A stretch of DNA of 64,000 nt from Amoebidium appalachense (lineage: Eukaryota; Protista; Ichthyosporea): the NCBI GenBank assembly GCA_963693365.1, contig CAVNZM010000004.1:6795093-6859092 (forward strand), given 5' to 3'. How positions within the stretch are numbered: position 1 is the first letter of the stretch; each line of letters opens with the position of its first letter. Positions 38,134 through 64,000 of the stretch are shown here, one piece after another. The notes beneath the pieces are model-generated. The model worked only from the letters and a program-made list of their open reading frames with translations, did not search any database and was not told the DNA's origin. Made by a program: the position numbers and the translations under genes.

Positions 38134-38718
38134 CACCCACGTTGCCTTTGCAGGGAGGGCACACCGCTAGCCCACGGGCCCCACAACCACCACGGACACA
38201 CGCACCACGTGCACACGTCCAAGGGCACACACACCCTCTCTGAGGAGGAGGAACGCACGCTGAGCCGCGAGCTGCAATTGGGCGCCGACACCATCCACCA
38301 CATGGCATTGCACCACCACCGCTCACGTGACGACCCCCTCCCCAATGACGAGAGCACGTACTGGCAGGCTGGGCCCGGACACATACAGGAGAGGCGCACG
38401 TGGTTTTCTACGTGCGTGGAAATATGGTTCCTAATGTTTATGTTCTGTGTCGTCAAGCCCGCGTCCTACCTGTTGTTGTACACGGAGCTTTGGGTGATGA
38501 CTGGGGTTGCGTTTTGGCGGGCGCTGTTGCACGACGTGCTGCCGACGTTCAGCAGACGGACGAGAAAGGGTGCGTGGATGCGGTTTGGTCACTATGTGAG
38601 GTCTCTGGTGAGCTTTCATTTGCTGGCTAGGGCGCTAGTGGGCCCGTCTGTAGAAATCAACAGGAAAAGGCTGTTTGAGCAGAGTCTGGTGTTTCGTGTG
38701 ATGGTGTTTGTCATGTAG
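35366..38718 (+). CDS. Patatin-like phospholipase / triacylglycerol lipase (PNPLA2/ATGL-like) with a hydrophobic C-terminal region
   Basis: Exons 35366-35409, 36091-36232, 36771-37151, 37652-37851, 38154-38718, all GT-AG and in phase. Motifs: FSFAGAGWLKMYYFGV, GSSAG nucleophile elbow, DGG. Confidence 0.93.
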
Positions 38719-39557
38719 TGTCTTGGAACATCAGACATGCCATGCTGCCTGTTGCTAACGTAGAATAGTGTGAAGAAAAGATGAGGTAGGAATGGTTTAG
38801 CGTCTTGAAGTTGTGAAATGAAAATAGAGGCGTAAGGTGACTAATACTATTAGCCTAAAGTCTGAAAGACAAGTAGGTTTCTCTGGCACGCGCTTTGAGT
38901 CGAATGACTATAGTTGTAGCTGTAGGGTTTCACACGGGAATATCACGGTGCCCCAAATCTTTTTACATTGATATTATATAGACGGCACGCTGAAGATTTT
39001 GTTGATTGTGTATATGTTTGACGCTAGAAATTACAGAGTGACAAAGAAAAGTTTAAGCTGTTACGTATACCCGACATCTATGAGATAGGTATTACTGGCT
39101 AGAACCCATTATGGAAATAATTTTGTTGGTGTCTGAAACGTAGCTCGGGCTTCCTTTGCAACATATGCATGGATTGATACTACACTTTCCTTATTTAGGT
39201 AATCCGATAGAACTGGTTTCGATAATAAATGTCCATTGCCAACGTATGTTTCTGAACACATGGAGGGGTTCCTTTCGCTGTGCACGTGATGTGACTCTGG
39301 TTAATGATTACTAATATAACTCCCTTGCAATTTTGCTTTGCGCTTAAAGTTTGGCTCGTTCTCCACAATAATTAAAGGACCGTTATTGTGTGTTCAGGGC
39401 ATAGTGATGCTATGTGTATAAGATCATGTCCGGACGTAAGAACACATGCAACACAGGAGATAAGCACCCCTCTAACTTTTTGGCACATACCGGCTTCGGT
39501 ATCTGCATGACATGGGAAAATGAGCTTGCAACGTTTATAAAATTTGGTATTTTAATT

Positions 39558-45269
<5,712 letters not shown>

Positions 45270-46708
45270 GGCGCGACTTGCGCGGAGAAATGATAAGGGG
45301 AGAAAAAAAAAATAGAAACAAATAAGAAAAGATAACCTGAGAGAAAAGAATAGATAAATAAAACCAAAGGGTGCGCCGCGGAGTCGACCACACAACAGCT
45401 CCATGCAACCATTTAGTGCACAGAAATACAGAAACCTCGGGAGTTTTGTTCTCGTGCCAAATCTATTCGTGCAGGTGATTGGTTCGATACGCACCACTAG
45501 ATTTCAGCCGCATGCGATTGGTTGACGAGTTGGCAATTCACGCGGATAGATCCGGATCATTCACCCGAACAACTTCAAGTGAGCTCTTCAAGTGCACATG
45601 CGTCACTGAAAACTGTTTGTGTCTGCCAAAGCGGTTGTTGCAACTAATGATGTTAGCACTACAGAACTGAGGAATTTGGTCAGAAAAGAAAAGAAAGTTA
45701 ACTGGAAATGGACGAGAAGGAAACATGTAACATCTATCTACATACATAAAAGTTTGGCAGCCTTCAAGGTTTCGATACACAAAACACATGACATTTTTTG
45801 GTAATATTAAAACATATGTACACACCCAAAATTGTTGTTGTGACGATATCGATTCAGCCTCTTGGGGCAGTGGCTCTTGGTGAGCCCACATATGCATCCA
45901 CGGTGTTCTTTGTCGCGTCCAGATGACCACACTGATAACCTGGGGTGGTGCCATGCTTTCCAATGCTTCTGGATCTCCCAGGGTGCACTTTGAATTCAGA
46001 CCAAATCATTACAATAGTTCGTACAGGGCTAAAAACATAGGTCTCTCTTGCATCGCACCTATTGGGCACTAATAATAAATGTGCTTTCGTCTAATTACTT
46101 AGCCGAAGCTACAGGTTTTGTGGCACTCCGAACCGGCCTTGCATCATGTCGGTATAAAGGCTTGTCATTGAATCCGAAAAAGGCATCACTCAGAAACAGG
46201 GCCATATTCTGGCCGGCATCACTTATGCCAGCTCTGTTATGTTTTAGGTGCAGTAAGTTGTGCATATCAAACTTTACGCATACAAGTACATTCGCGCATA
46301 AGAGACTAGTACAACTTCATTAATTTCTATTGTATTTTGGGTGCCTGATACGAACAGGTGTGCACGATTTGAGTCACTATCTATGTCTATAGTTAATACA
46401 GCTAGCGTGGCATTGATGGGAGGAGTCTGCCAGTTAATTACTGTTCGCACAATTAGTTTCCAAACGTCCACTTCTCGCGGCAATTGCAAGCCTTCGGAAC
46501 CCACTCTAGAACTGCCTTGTTTCTTAACCTGTTGCATGTGTTAAACAGGTAGAGGAACCAAGTGGGTAATTGTGTTTCAACATTCGAATAGCACGACCAC
46601 AATCTATCATCCCTCAAAAACAATTCCAACAACTTGTGACCAGCAGCCGAGCACCCATATTGTCACACAATTGCAAGGCCTCAGGCCTTGCCAACCTATA
46701 TAGGCACG

Positions 46709-48449
46709 ATGGCAGCGCACATTGCTGCCACGGCCACAGCCACTGCACTGCTTGCACTCGCCTGCACAGATTTGGTGGTGGCCAGCCAGGCAACCTTCGC
46801 TAGTGCGGACCAGGGCATAGCCATCACCGTGCCCAACGCAACAGATGTACATGGGCTGCAGCTGCGGGATGTGGTGTACGGCACATGGGACCAGCACATA
46901 GACACACTGTGCACTGGTCCTCCAGGGGCAACCCTCAATTGCTGTGGTGAACATGCACCCGCTGCCTACAGCTACGACAGCACGCAGCGTGCATGGGTCA
47001 AGGTTTCAAACCCTACCCACGCTGGCTGGTACGGAATCGTGGACGCAACGGCGGAAGCGAGCAGAGTGCTGACGGGGATGCGGGGTTTGAAAAGTTGACC
47101 ATGTGGAGCCCAATGGATGAGACTAGGGACCAGAGAATAGTACGCACAATGGTTAAGGTACATATCAACCACCAACAACTGCCCCCCCCCCCCCCCCCCC
47201 CCCCCCCTCCTCCCCCCTCCTCCCCCTCCTCCTTGGCCCCCTTCTCCCTCGGGGCCTTTTTTTACTACTACCTCCAACAACAACAACACCAAAAACCCAC
47301 TTTAGCTACTCACTCCCTAAAGAGAACACACACAAAACTGTTACACCCCCCCCCCTTTCCGTCCCCCCTCTCCTCCTCCTCCTCCCCCCCCCCCCCCCCT
47401 CTTCACAAACACACTAACATCCCCTCCCCCTCCTTCCTCCTCTCTCCTTCCCGCCCCCCCTTCCTCCCCCCCCCCCCCCCAGGCCATGATCGAGGCAGCC
47501 TGCCTACGCACCCACCAGGTGCTGGGCACGCAGCAGCAGCTGCTGGCCCTGGACCTGCGGCTTGTTGATTGGAAGAATATCACGTCACTTACCCGCAGCA
47601 TGGACAACATCCCACCCAGCGACGTGCCGCACATCCTCATGCTCAAGACAACATACACGGGGGCACTGCAGCGCAGCGGGGTGGTTGTTGGGTTAAATGA
47701 TTTACTGGCTCAGGCCGTGGTAGAGGAGGGCAGGAGCCCCATCTTTGACATACTCAATGTGTATAATTGGGAGTACCAGATCAACAATCAGTGGATGGCC
47801 GTGCCCCTGACAGCAGATGCAAGGTACTGTGCGTATGTGGTGAGGGTTGAGATGTTTGACCGTGTAGGTACCGTGCGCATGTGATTATAGAATGTTGAGG
47901 TTCTGTGTTCATTACTTAGGTACCGTGTGCATGAGCATATAGAATGCAAGGTACTTTGTGCATTGGTTGGGTGCCCCGTGCAAGTGCGCATGCTGATAGA
48001 ATGCTAGAGGCTGTGTGAAGTTCGTTAGGTACCGTGTGCACAGGCATATCGAATGCAAGGTACTGTGTGCATTCGTTAGGTACCGTGTGTATGTGTGCTT
48101 GCTTAATAATAGCATGTAAGGTACTGTGTGCATTCGTTGGGTACTACCTGTGTGCATGTGCGCATGCTCATAGAATGGAAGGTACTGTGTGCATTCGTTA
48201 GGTAATGTATGGATGTGTGTGCTTATAGACTCTGCAGCCTCTGCGTGCATTCGTGTAGAATGCAAGGTACTGTGTGCATTCGTTGGATACTGCGTGCATG
48301 AGCATGATTATAGACTCTAGGGTACTGTGTGCATTCGCGTAAACTTCGATGTACTGTGTGCATGTGTTGATGCAAAGTACTGTGTGCATGCCTGAAGCAA
48401 GGGCCGTTGAGGTATTCACATCCGTTCCACTTCACATACCCACACTGCC

Positions 48450-48490
<41 letters not shown>

Positions 48491-48510
48491 TGGCACACAT
48501 GCACGCACAC

Positions 48511-48561
<51 letters not shown>

Positions 48562-50124
48562 AACAGGGTGCTTCTGTACAACAGCACCAACTACGACCAG
48601 CTGCTAAAAAGAGGCACAGTCAGAAGGTTGCCTCCCCCCTACGACCCCAACTGGTAGATGCCTTTTTCCAAGTCGTGGAACTAGAACTTGGTGATCCGCA
48701 TAGCAAAGGCAATGACCGTGGTCAATATGGGCGCCGGAGAGAACAGATACGGGTGAGTGCCTCCTTTGTGTGTCCATTGTTTGTACAGTATGCCTGAAAG
48801 GGTGGGCGGGTGCATAGAAACGGGGAGAGGGGGCAGGCCCGGGAGGGAGGTTAGGGGGAGGGAAAGGGAAAGGAAAGAAGAAAGAGAGAGAGGGGGGGGG
48901 GGGGGGGGGGGGGAGCGGCGAGAGTAGAAAAGAAGGACAACGGCTGTGGAGAAAGAGAAAAGGCACCAGGTTGATGTCTGTGCAAGTCTGCACGTGGGAG
49001 AGTTAGCAGAGCGGCAGACGTGCTGCACTGCCCCCACCAAGAGTCTTTTTGGACAATTATGAGTGTACTATTGCCCCGTGACTAAAGGCTTGATATCACA
49101 CCTCATCCCGCCCCATATCCTACCCCCCCCCCCCCCCCCCCCCCCCGCCTGCCCGCCTGGGCACATCCCGTCCCTATGTGCCTTCACAGAGCCATCCACA
49201 TGCCCCATTGCCGCATCCAATTGTGACCAACGCTCACATCTCGCTTTTACCTTCCATTATTCCTTCATGTCCGATCCTCCCTCCCCCCCCCTCCCCCCCC
49301 CCCTTCCCCCCCCCCCCCCCCCCCTCCCCCACCACCACCACCACCACCTCCTCCTCCTTCAAATACGTACCCCCTCCCCCCTCACACACACACACACACA
49401 TGCAGGTTCACGCTTGATGTGGGCAGTGAGGAGGAACTCAAAGTCCTTACTATGATGGCTCGGTCTGCGGGAGGAACCAGGCTGCAGCAGGATGGGCCCA
49501 ACCAGACCTACACCTGCAGGGTCAACAGCCCAAATTTCAGGCGGGGGCTCAACACGACCATAGGTAAACTGATAACCGACGGGTCCATGGACCCCCACAT
49601 CTGGCCCGAGGATGACCCGGACTTTCAGAAGTGGCTGGCCAACTGGCCCAACATGGACAGGTGCGTGAAACTTGATATCATATGACGAAGGCAGATGTAT
49701 CCGACGAAATCCACATAACCCCCCCTCTCGATGTCCCCCCCCTCCCCCCCCTCCCCCCTCCCCACCGTTCCCCTCACCTCCTTCTTCTCCCACCCATCCC
49801 CCCTGCCCCCCCAACTCCTTCCCGCAGGCACACACGCACACAAACCCCAGCCCAACCAAATCAACCGAGCCCCCCTTCCCCCTTCCCCTCCCCCCCCCCT
49901 CCCCCCTCCACAACCACCACCCACTCACCCCCTCCCGCAACCCCATTCCACCCCCATCCCACCCCCATCCCACGCCTTCCTCCTTAATCCTCCTCCCCCC
50001 TCCTCCCCCCGCCCCCCCTGCCCCCCTCCCGTCTCCCATATGTGAGCAATAGTGCCTTGCGGAATATGTATGTCCCTTTCTGCCCCCCCCCCCCCCCCCC
50101 CCCCCCCCACTTTCTCTCTCTCTC

Positions 50125-50171
<47 letters not shown>

Positions 50172-53100
50172 AAGAACCAATTCGTCTTTCGGCACCCCCC
50201 CCTTTCCCCCCCTAAACCACCAACCACGTCCTCCTGCCCCTGCCCCCTTCCCTCCCATCACCCCCCAAGACACACACACACCTCCACCCTTTGGCCCACT
50301 TCAACTCCATTCTCATCCCTGTTGTTTTCATAAACTGCCCCCCTCCCCCCCTTCCCGCGTACCCGCCCACCAACACATTCTCACCAAACACACCTTTCCC
50401 CCTCTCCCTCCCCCTTCCCTCCCCACCTCCAACCCCTCTCCCCCCCTCCAACCCACGTCCTCAGGACCAAGCCAGCCTTCGACTACAACTACAGCGCGCC
50501 GGCTGACAAGCCCCTCCTCGGCATGCCAGTGACGATAGGCAGCATCAACCACAAGTACCGCATGCACAGCGAGATCAAGCCTGCCCTCATGCCCCACGGC
50601 TCAACTTACAGCGGCGGCACCGCCCTGGCCCTTACCTCAAACGTACCCATAGGAACGCCTCTCAGGCAGACGGCGTGGCACCTTATTCGGCTCATGACGG
50701 ACAGCACCCGTGTGTACCTGCATGCAATCAACGTGGTCAGCAACCGCATTCCTCCATACCAGCGCGCGCTCCCTCTGGTACCGTGGGACAGCCCAGAGCT
50801 AGAGGTGTACAAACTACAGCTGTTCACCACGGCCCCTCCTTACTTCCCACTTTCGGCGCCGCCCCAGATGCCCGAAGTGTATGATGTTAACCCATTCCGC
50901 CACCTACTGATGGAGATGATGCTCAAGAATGTGTCCGTGGAACAGGGTACAGACGACGTGTGCCGCGTGATTGAGGAACTTTTCAAGCCCGCGTGCACCA
51001 ACGAACACATGGTCCCCGTCGTGGACAACCAATGTGACGATACGTCCGGAACAAAACTCGTCGAGTTGAGATGGCGAACACCGGGGGAGTGCAAGGGGGG
51101 TGTAAGTCTGCCCGAACCCATTCAGGTCGACTGCCAGTTTGTGCCGCGGATGAGTGCGGCGGGGATAGCAATGCAGGTCATTTCAGTCATTGCCTTGGCT
51201 TACGTTTTGGCGCTTGGTGGCTTTTTGGTGTATGCTCGTCACAGCAAGGTGGTGCGTGCCTCAAGCTGGGTATTCGGCACTATTCTATGTTTTGGCGCCG
51301 CCCTAGCGGTGCACTGCTTCTCGACCGGCCCAACGCCATGAAGTTACTTTTGAGCGTGTGGCTCTTTAATTTAATTGCCATGGGGAGTTTGATAGTCAAG
51401 GCTGGCGCATCAGCCGTATCTTCCTGTCCATCAAGAACATAGCAACCAGGGCCAACCTGAGGAATTCATACCTGCTGCTGCCCTTTGCTGCAATCGTCAG
51501 TGCACAGGTATGGATACTTACCCTCCATCCAGCCTCCCCCTCTCTCCCCCCCCTCCCCCCCCCTCCCCCCTTCCCCCCCTGCCCCCCCCCCCCCCTCACC
51601 CCCCCTTTACCACCACCCTCTACTCCACGAATACACACACACATCTCTTCCTTTCTTTCTTTCTCTCTTGCTTGAGCCAACCCACGGCCCTCTGAACACA
51701 TGTGTTCAGAGGGCCGTGGCCAACCCCCCTTCTCCCCCCCTCCCCCCTCCATCCCAACCCCCCCCTCCCCCCACCCACCCGGAGGCTGCCTCTCCCGGTG
51801 ATTTTTTCTTGTTGACCTCTCTGTCGTTTTTTTTTGGGGGGGGGGGGGGTTGTGTATGTGTGCGTTGAGGGGAAGGGGGAAGGGGCAGGGGGGGGGGAGG
51901 GGAGGGAGGGGGGGAGAGGGGGGGGGGGGGGGGGGGGGGAAGGGACGGTGGGGGGAGGAGGGAAGGAGTCTGTGGTACCAATATTTAATGCTCTGGCTAT
52001 TTGGCGGGTGACTGTATAGTGGTGGGAGTGATAACTCGGTAGTGGTGATGGAGAGGGAGGGTGTGTGTATGTGTGTGTAAGGGGCGGGGAGGGGCGGGGG
52101 GGGGGGGGGGGGGGGGGGAGGGAGGGGGGGGGGGGAGGGGGGGGGGATGGTGACTATGCTTGTATGTAAGTGTGAGACCGGGAGAAGGGGGAGGGAGGGG
52201 GGGGAGGGGGGGGTGGAAGGCAAAAAATCAAGCTGGAAATCGTTTAAACCTGTGCATATCGGCACTGATCATTTTTACACTAGTTACCCATTTGACGCGG
52301 TCCACTATTACTCACACCCAGCCAACCCCCCACAGGTTGTGCTCCTGATCATCTACACGGCTGCAGGCGACTACAGGCCCCGTGTGGAGCATGTGGGCCA
52401 GTGGGTGGGCAACTACTACGTGCAGGACATCCCCCTGGAGACAACAGACATGAAGAACAGCCCCATCCTAGGCGTTGTGTTTGCATATGTCGCCGCTCTG
52501 ACCCTTGTTGCGTGTGTTTTCATGGCGGGTGAGAAGCATCCCAGCGCAGTTCAAAGACACCAAGATCATGATGGCCATCACCTATCAGGCTGCTGTGGCC
52601 GCGGTTGTGGCCGGGCCCGTTGCGGCCACCGGAGCTTCCCCAGTCACCAAATCCGTCGTTCTGTTTGCGACAAACCTCATGACTGTGATATTCATTGTAA
52701 GCGTCTACGTCATACCCAAGTTCCTGGCCGCTACAAACCTACTCAACCTCTCTACCTCGCGCCAAGCGGGGAACAGCAGCGCGGCAAACAACAACAACAA
52801 CAACAACAACAACAAGAGGGGGGATAGTAGGAACGGGGGCACGCGCAGCTATCGGTTCAACAGCAGTACATCGGACAAAAAGGCGTCTGATCTGGGGCAG
52901 GAGGGACAGGGTGCTTTAGATGAACAGGATGATGTAATGGGGGAGACAAGGAGAGAGCGCCTACTGAGAGAGGAACTAGAGGGGGCGATGCTTAAAATTG
53001 CACGGGTGGAGGAAAAGCTCATGCGATTGGCCAACGGTCACGTGATGCAGGGTGCCGGGTCAGGCGTTGCACGGCGCAGCTATTGGCTGAACTCAGAGAG

Positions 53101-53397
53101 AGACCTACTTCGTCGGCTCAATCCATACGGGGACGGCCTGCTACGATTGGTTCATCTTCGCAGGTCAGCATCAACTCACCGCAATCCAACATGTCACTCT
53201 TCGGCCCTACACCGTCGGCTACACCGTCGGTCAAGGAGTCTAGATCGACCAATAGTGTTGCATTGGTGAGTGATGCGAACGAGTCGCAGCAGCAGCTATT
53301 GGATAAAGATCAGGCGGAGGAATCTACGGTCGGTGGGATTGAGATGGTCGAGACAGAGACCACACAGGGGGAGGAGAAGGAGAAAGAAGAGGCATAG
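46709..53397 (+). pseudogene. Disrupted class C (GABA-B-like 7TM) GPCR with a sugar-ABC-type solute-binding ectodomain
   Basis: Exons 46709-47157, 47483-47823, 48567-48752, 49406-49660, 50465-51507, 52336-53397. SBP-like NNQWMAVPLTADARVLLYN and YSGGTALAL; Cys linker CKGGVSLPEP; 7TM motifs RHSKVVRASSWVF, K.WRISRIF, WRVRSIPAQFKDTK. In-frame TAGs at 48655 and 48682 plus about five frameshifts. Confidence 0.8.
47818..48392. repeat. Intronic minisatellite (~50-60 bp units, core TAGAATGCAAGGTACTGTGTGCATT)
   Basis: Cores near 47818, 47888, 47940, 47997, 48051, 48110, 48171, 48256, 48311 and 48371. Confidence 0.85.
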
Positions 53398-53741
53398 ATG
53401 CATTGTAATGATTTTTGTCTGTATGAACATTTGCCCATAGACCGTATTGTGAAACTAATACCAATGTTGCTTCTTTCAGCAAGTTCCTTTTTCATACTGG
53501 GATGGGCTAAAACCGTGCACTTTTCGTATGTCTACGAGCCATTACATATTCAGCATAGTTGCTAGAGGATGTATGCTCTACAGATTTAACGAGACGACAC
53601 TTTGGTATGATTAAATGAACTTCAAACAAGTCAATGCCAATGGGAACATTGTCAAGCCCTCTGTTCCTCCTCTCCTCATCCCTCCTCATCCCTACAACCC
53701 AAGCCCCCCCCCCCCCCCCCCCCCCCCTGCCCGCCATCAGT

Positions 53742-53781
<40 letters not shown>

Positions 53782-54158
53782 CGCCGCCGCCGCCCTTTCC
53801 CCCGCCCCCCGGTTTCGCTCCCGTTGCATTACCTACGCAAAATAAAAGTGTACACTGTGGCACACACCGGCAACTCACATGCTTGACACACAAAAAGGAT
53901 CACACACACACGCACACACACACACAGACGCACCGAGAGAGAGGGACCTGGACACACAGGCACACACACATACATGTCACATAGAGAAGTCACAGGCACA
54001 CCGTAACACAAACATGCGCACTTGGTACATACACAAAACACACCACAGAACGGTGGCACAAAAGAGATCTATCTTGGTACACAAACCACACACTACATCC
54101 CGGGCACCGTGGCAAGCACCACTACGGAAAATCACACGCACGTTACATATTGACTTGT

Positions 54159-54207
<49 letters not shown>

Positions 54208-55936
54208 CACCTTGCACGGCTACACACAAGCACAGGCATGATTGCACGCTTGCGCGCACACACACACGTACACAGTGTGCATGCCTCTGCACACACTGCT
54301 GCAGTGGCACGAACTTAATTTGAAAATGTTATAAACACACTGTGATAGACACAAGCATCTCCCGTTAACACGCCCCACCCCACACATATATGTACTCACT
54401 GAGGCACATACACTACCGTGGCACAAAGGGTTGACGGCCATGCTGGCATATGTTGGGCTGCTACACACACTGACACATGCACAAATTCTTTTAAAAAGTT
54501 TGCCATATGCGCGCATGCACGGAACGCGTTCGATTTATAAGCCACAGTACACACAGCAAACAAGATCTTGCACGCAAATTCTAGCGAAAAATTCGAGTAA
54601 GTTGGCAAGTACATACACCGAGCACGTGTGGGCACCGTTGCGCAGCCACCGCCATATAACAGTGGCGAAACGTCTTCTTTACGACCACAGCCATCCTGCC
54701 GTGATAAAGTATTCACAGTTTTGGGGCCTGCAGGTTACCATAAAGTACACAAAAGAAACAATAGGCAAAAAGTATGCCTTTTGCCTAACCATGTGTGTGA
54801 CACTGTGGCCATATATGCACACATATTTATTAGCTGGACAAGGAACGCACAGATAGACGGCATTGTCACACATACGAACACACCCCACTCAAAGACACGT
54901 CACGGTAAACATGCGCACACGCACACACACATTACAAGCACGTTCCACGCACGTACCGGCGCACACGCGTGCACAGCACCTACGCAAGCACACAAATCTC
55001 AGAGGCAGAGACGCTTTTGGGGCACGTAAAGCACTCAAATGTACCGTCGCATGCATAGTGTTTACAGGAAACACACATGTACCCACAGAGGTGCATCAGC
55101 TGTGACTCAGAGATTATGACTTCCTGCATATAGAGCCTCTATCAAGGGTCCTTCAAAAATCATAAACACAAACAAACCGTTCAAGTGTTCACTGGTGCTA
55201 CGGGAATTGTTGACACCTCCCGGCGAGTCCGCACGAAAACCGTCGCCCAATCAGGAACTAGATAGTCAACTTATTGGTGACCAATCGAATTGTTTATAAT
55301 TTAGGTAATCCAATAGGAGCCCTGATAATGGACTGACTTTGATTGCTCTATGTACCTCACTGTGATTGGACTATAACCTCACGGATATATATTTATCCCA
55401 CGATGACCAAGACTGCATTATCAGCGCAACCACGAGAAAATGAAGAAAAATACATAGCTACTAATAAATGAAGTAGCAAAGTACTATTTTTTATCCTTGT
55501 CAATAAATTTTGTAGGCTTGTTGTTGCAGCGGACGGCACACCTACGTTGGCGGTAGAGTCATAGGACACAGGCTGATCCGGGCATTCCAAATCATATCCG
55601 CATCTTAGATTGGATAAGGATCATGCAGATGTATGTCATCATCTAAGAATACTGGCATTCCAGTCTTGCGGCGGGCAACTGCAACATCCGCGCCGTGTTC
55701 CACGGGTCATTTCCGTGCGTTAGCCATCTCGCACGTAGGCTCACGGCAGGGTCACGGCATTGTTTTTCCTGCCTCACACACACATTAGCTCGAAAGCTCA
55801 TTAATAACAGTAAGAAAAAGGCGGTAAATATGATAGTATAGAGAGTTTTAAGAGACTGTTTGATAGCCAAGCACAGAGGTAGAAGCACACAGGCAGGCTA
55901 GGTAGGGGCAGTGGGCAGGCACGTAGGGCAGGCACT

Positions 55937-63687
<7,751 letters not shown>

Positions 63688-63731
63688 GTAGGCCAGGACC
63701 CTCCCTTCCCCCCCCCCACCCCCTCCCCCCT

Positions 63732-63783
<52 letters not shown>

Positions 63784-64000
63784 AACACAGGCACGCTTCC
63801 ACGCACACACACACACCCATACGCACTGGCTGCCCCATCCCGCTCCTCCCCCCCCCTCCCCCACGTACCCCTCTCCTTAAATCACACACTCCGGTTGCTC
63901 CATCAGCACCCTCTATTCACCCATGGAATCGTTCTTTGGCCCTCACATGCACATAGACTGTGTGCTCGTGGGCACACCCACACCACCGCGCACCGTTCCC

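Noticed and set aside
46674-46690. CAAGGCCTCAGGCCTTG as a third mini-element
   Set aside because: It shares only 8-9 bp of the ends, and the flanks (CACAATTG / CCAACCTA) are not a duplication. It could be chance or an old scar.
48655-48684. TAG reassignment or readthrough to explain two in-frame stops
   Set aside because: TAG terminates the intact patatin gene, the other intact genes have no internal TAG, and this gene carries independent frameshifts.

Overview
Eukaryotic genomic DNA, intron-rich and saturated with (CA/GT)n, (CT/GA)n and poly-G/C tracts. It looks opisthokont, possibly a unicellular holozoan; that taxonomic placement is an inference. Most ORFs in the supplied track are microsatellite artefacts, so genes were reassembled by hand from splice sites and codon phase. 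Genes: (1) an FHA + coiled-coil + C3HC4 RING E3 ligase, RNF8/CHFR-like, on the minus strand; (2) an RGG/CCHC terminal exon; (3) an intronless 324-aa pre-pro-protein with a furin/Kex2 site; (4) a patatin/PNPLA lipase; (5) a poorly resolved minus-strand gene; (6) a disrupted class C-like GPCR with a bacterial-type solute-binding ectodomain; (7) a MARK/Par-1 kinase running off the window end. Mobile DNA includes a non-autonomous hAT element, a TA-flanked pogo/Tc1-mariner-type element, a Harbinger-like MITE and two copies of one LINE family. The most unusual signals are two ultra-small (32 and 61 bp) hairpin elements with shared ends and perfect 8-bp target duplications, the orphan toxin-like secreted protein, and a ~145-nt hairpin built on tandem G.A mismatches. 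No rRNA, tRNA or CRISPR array was recognised.
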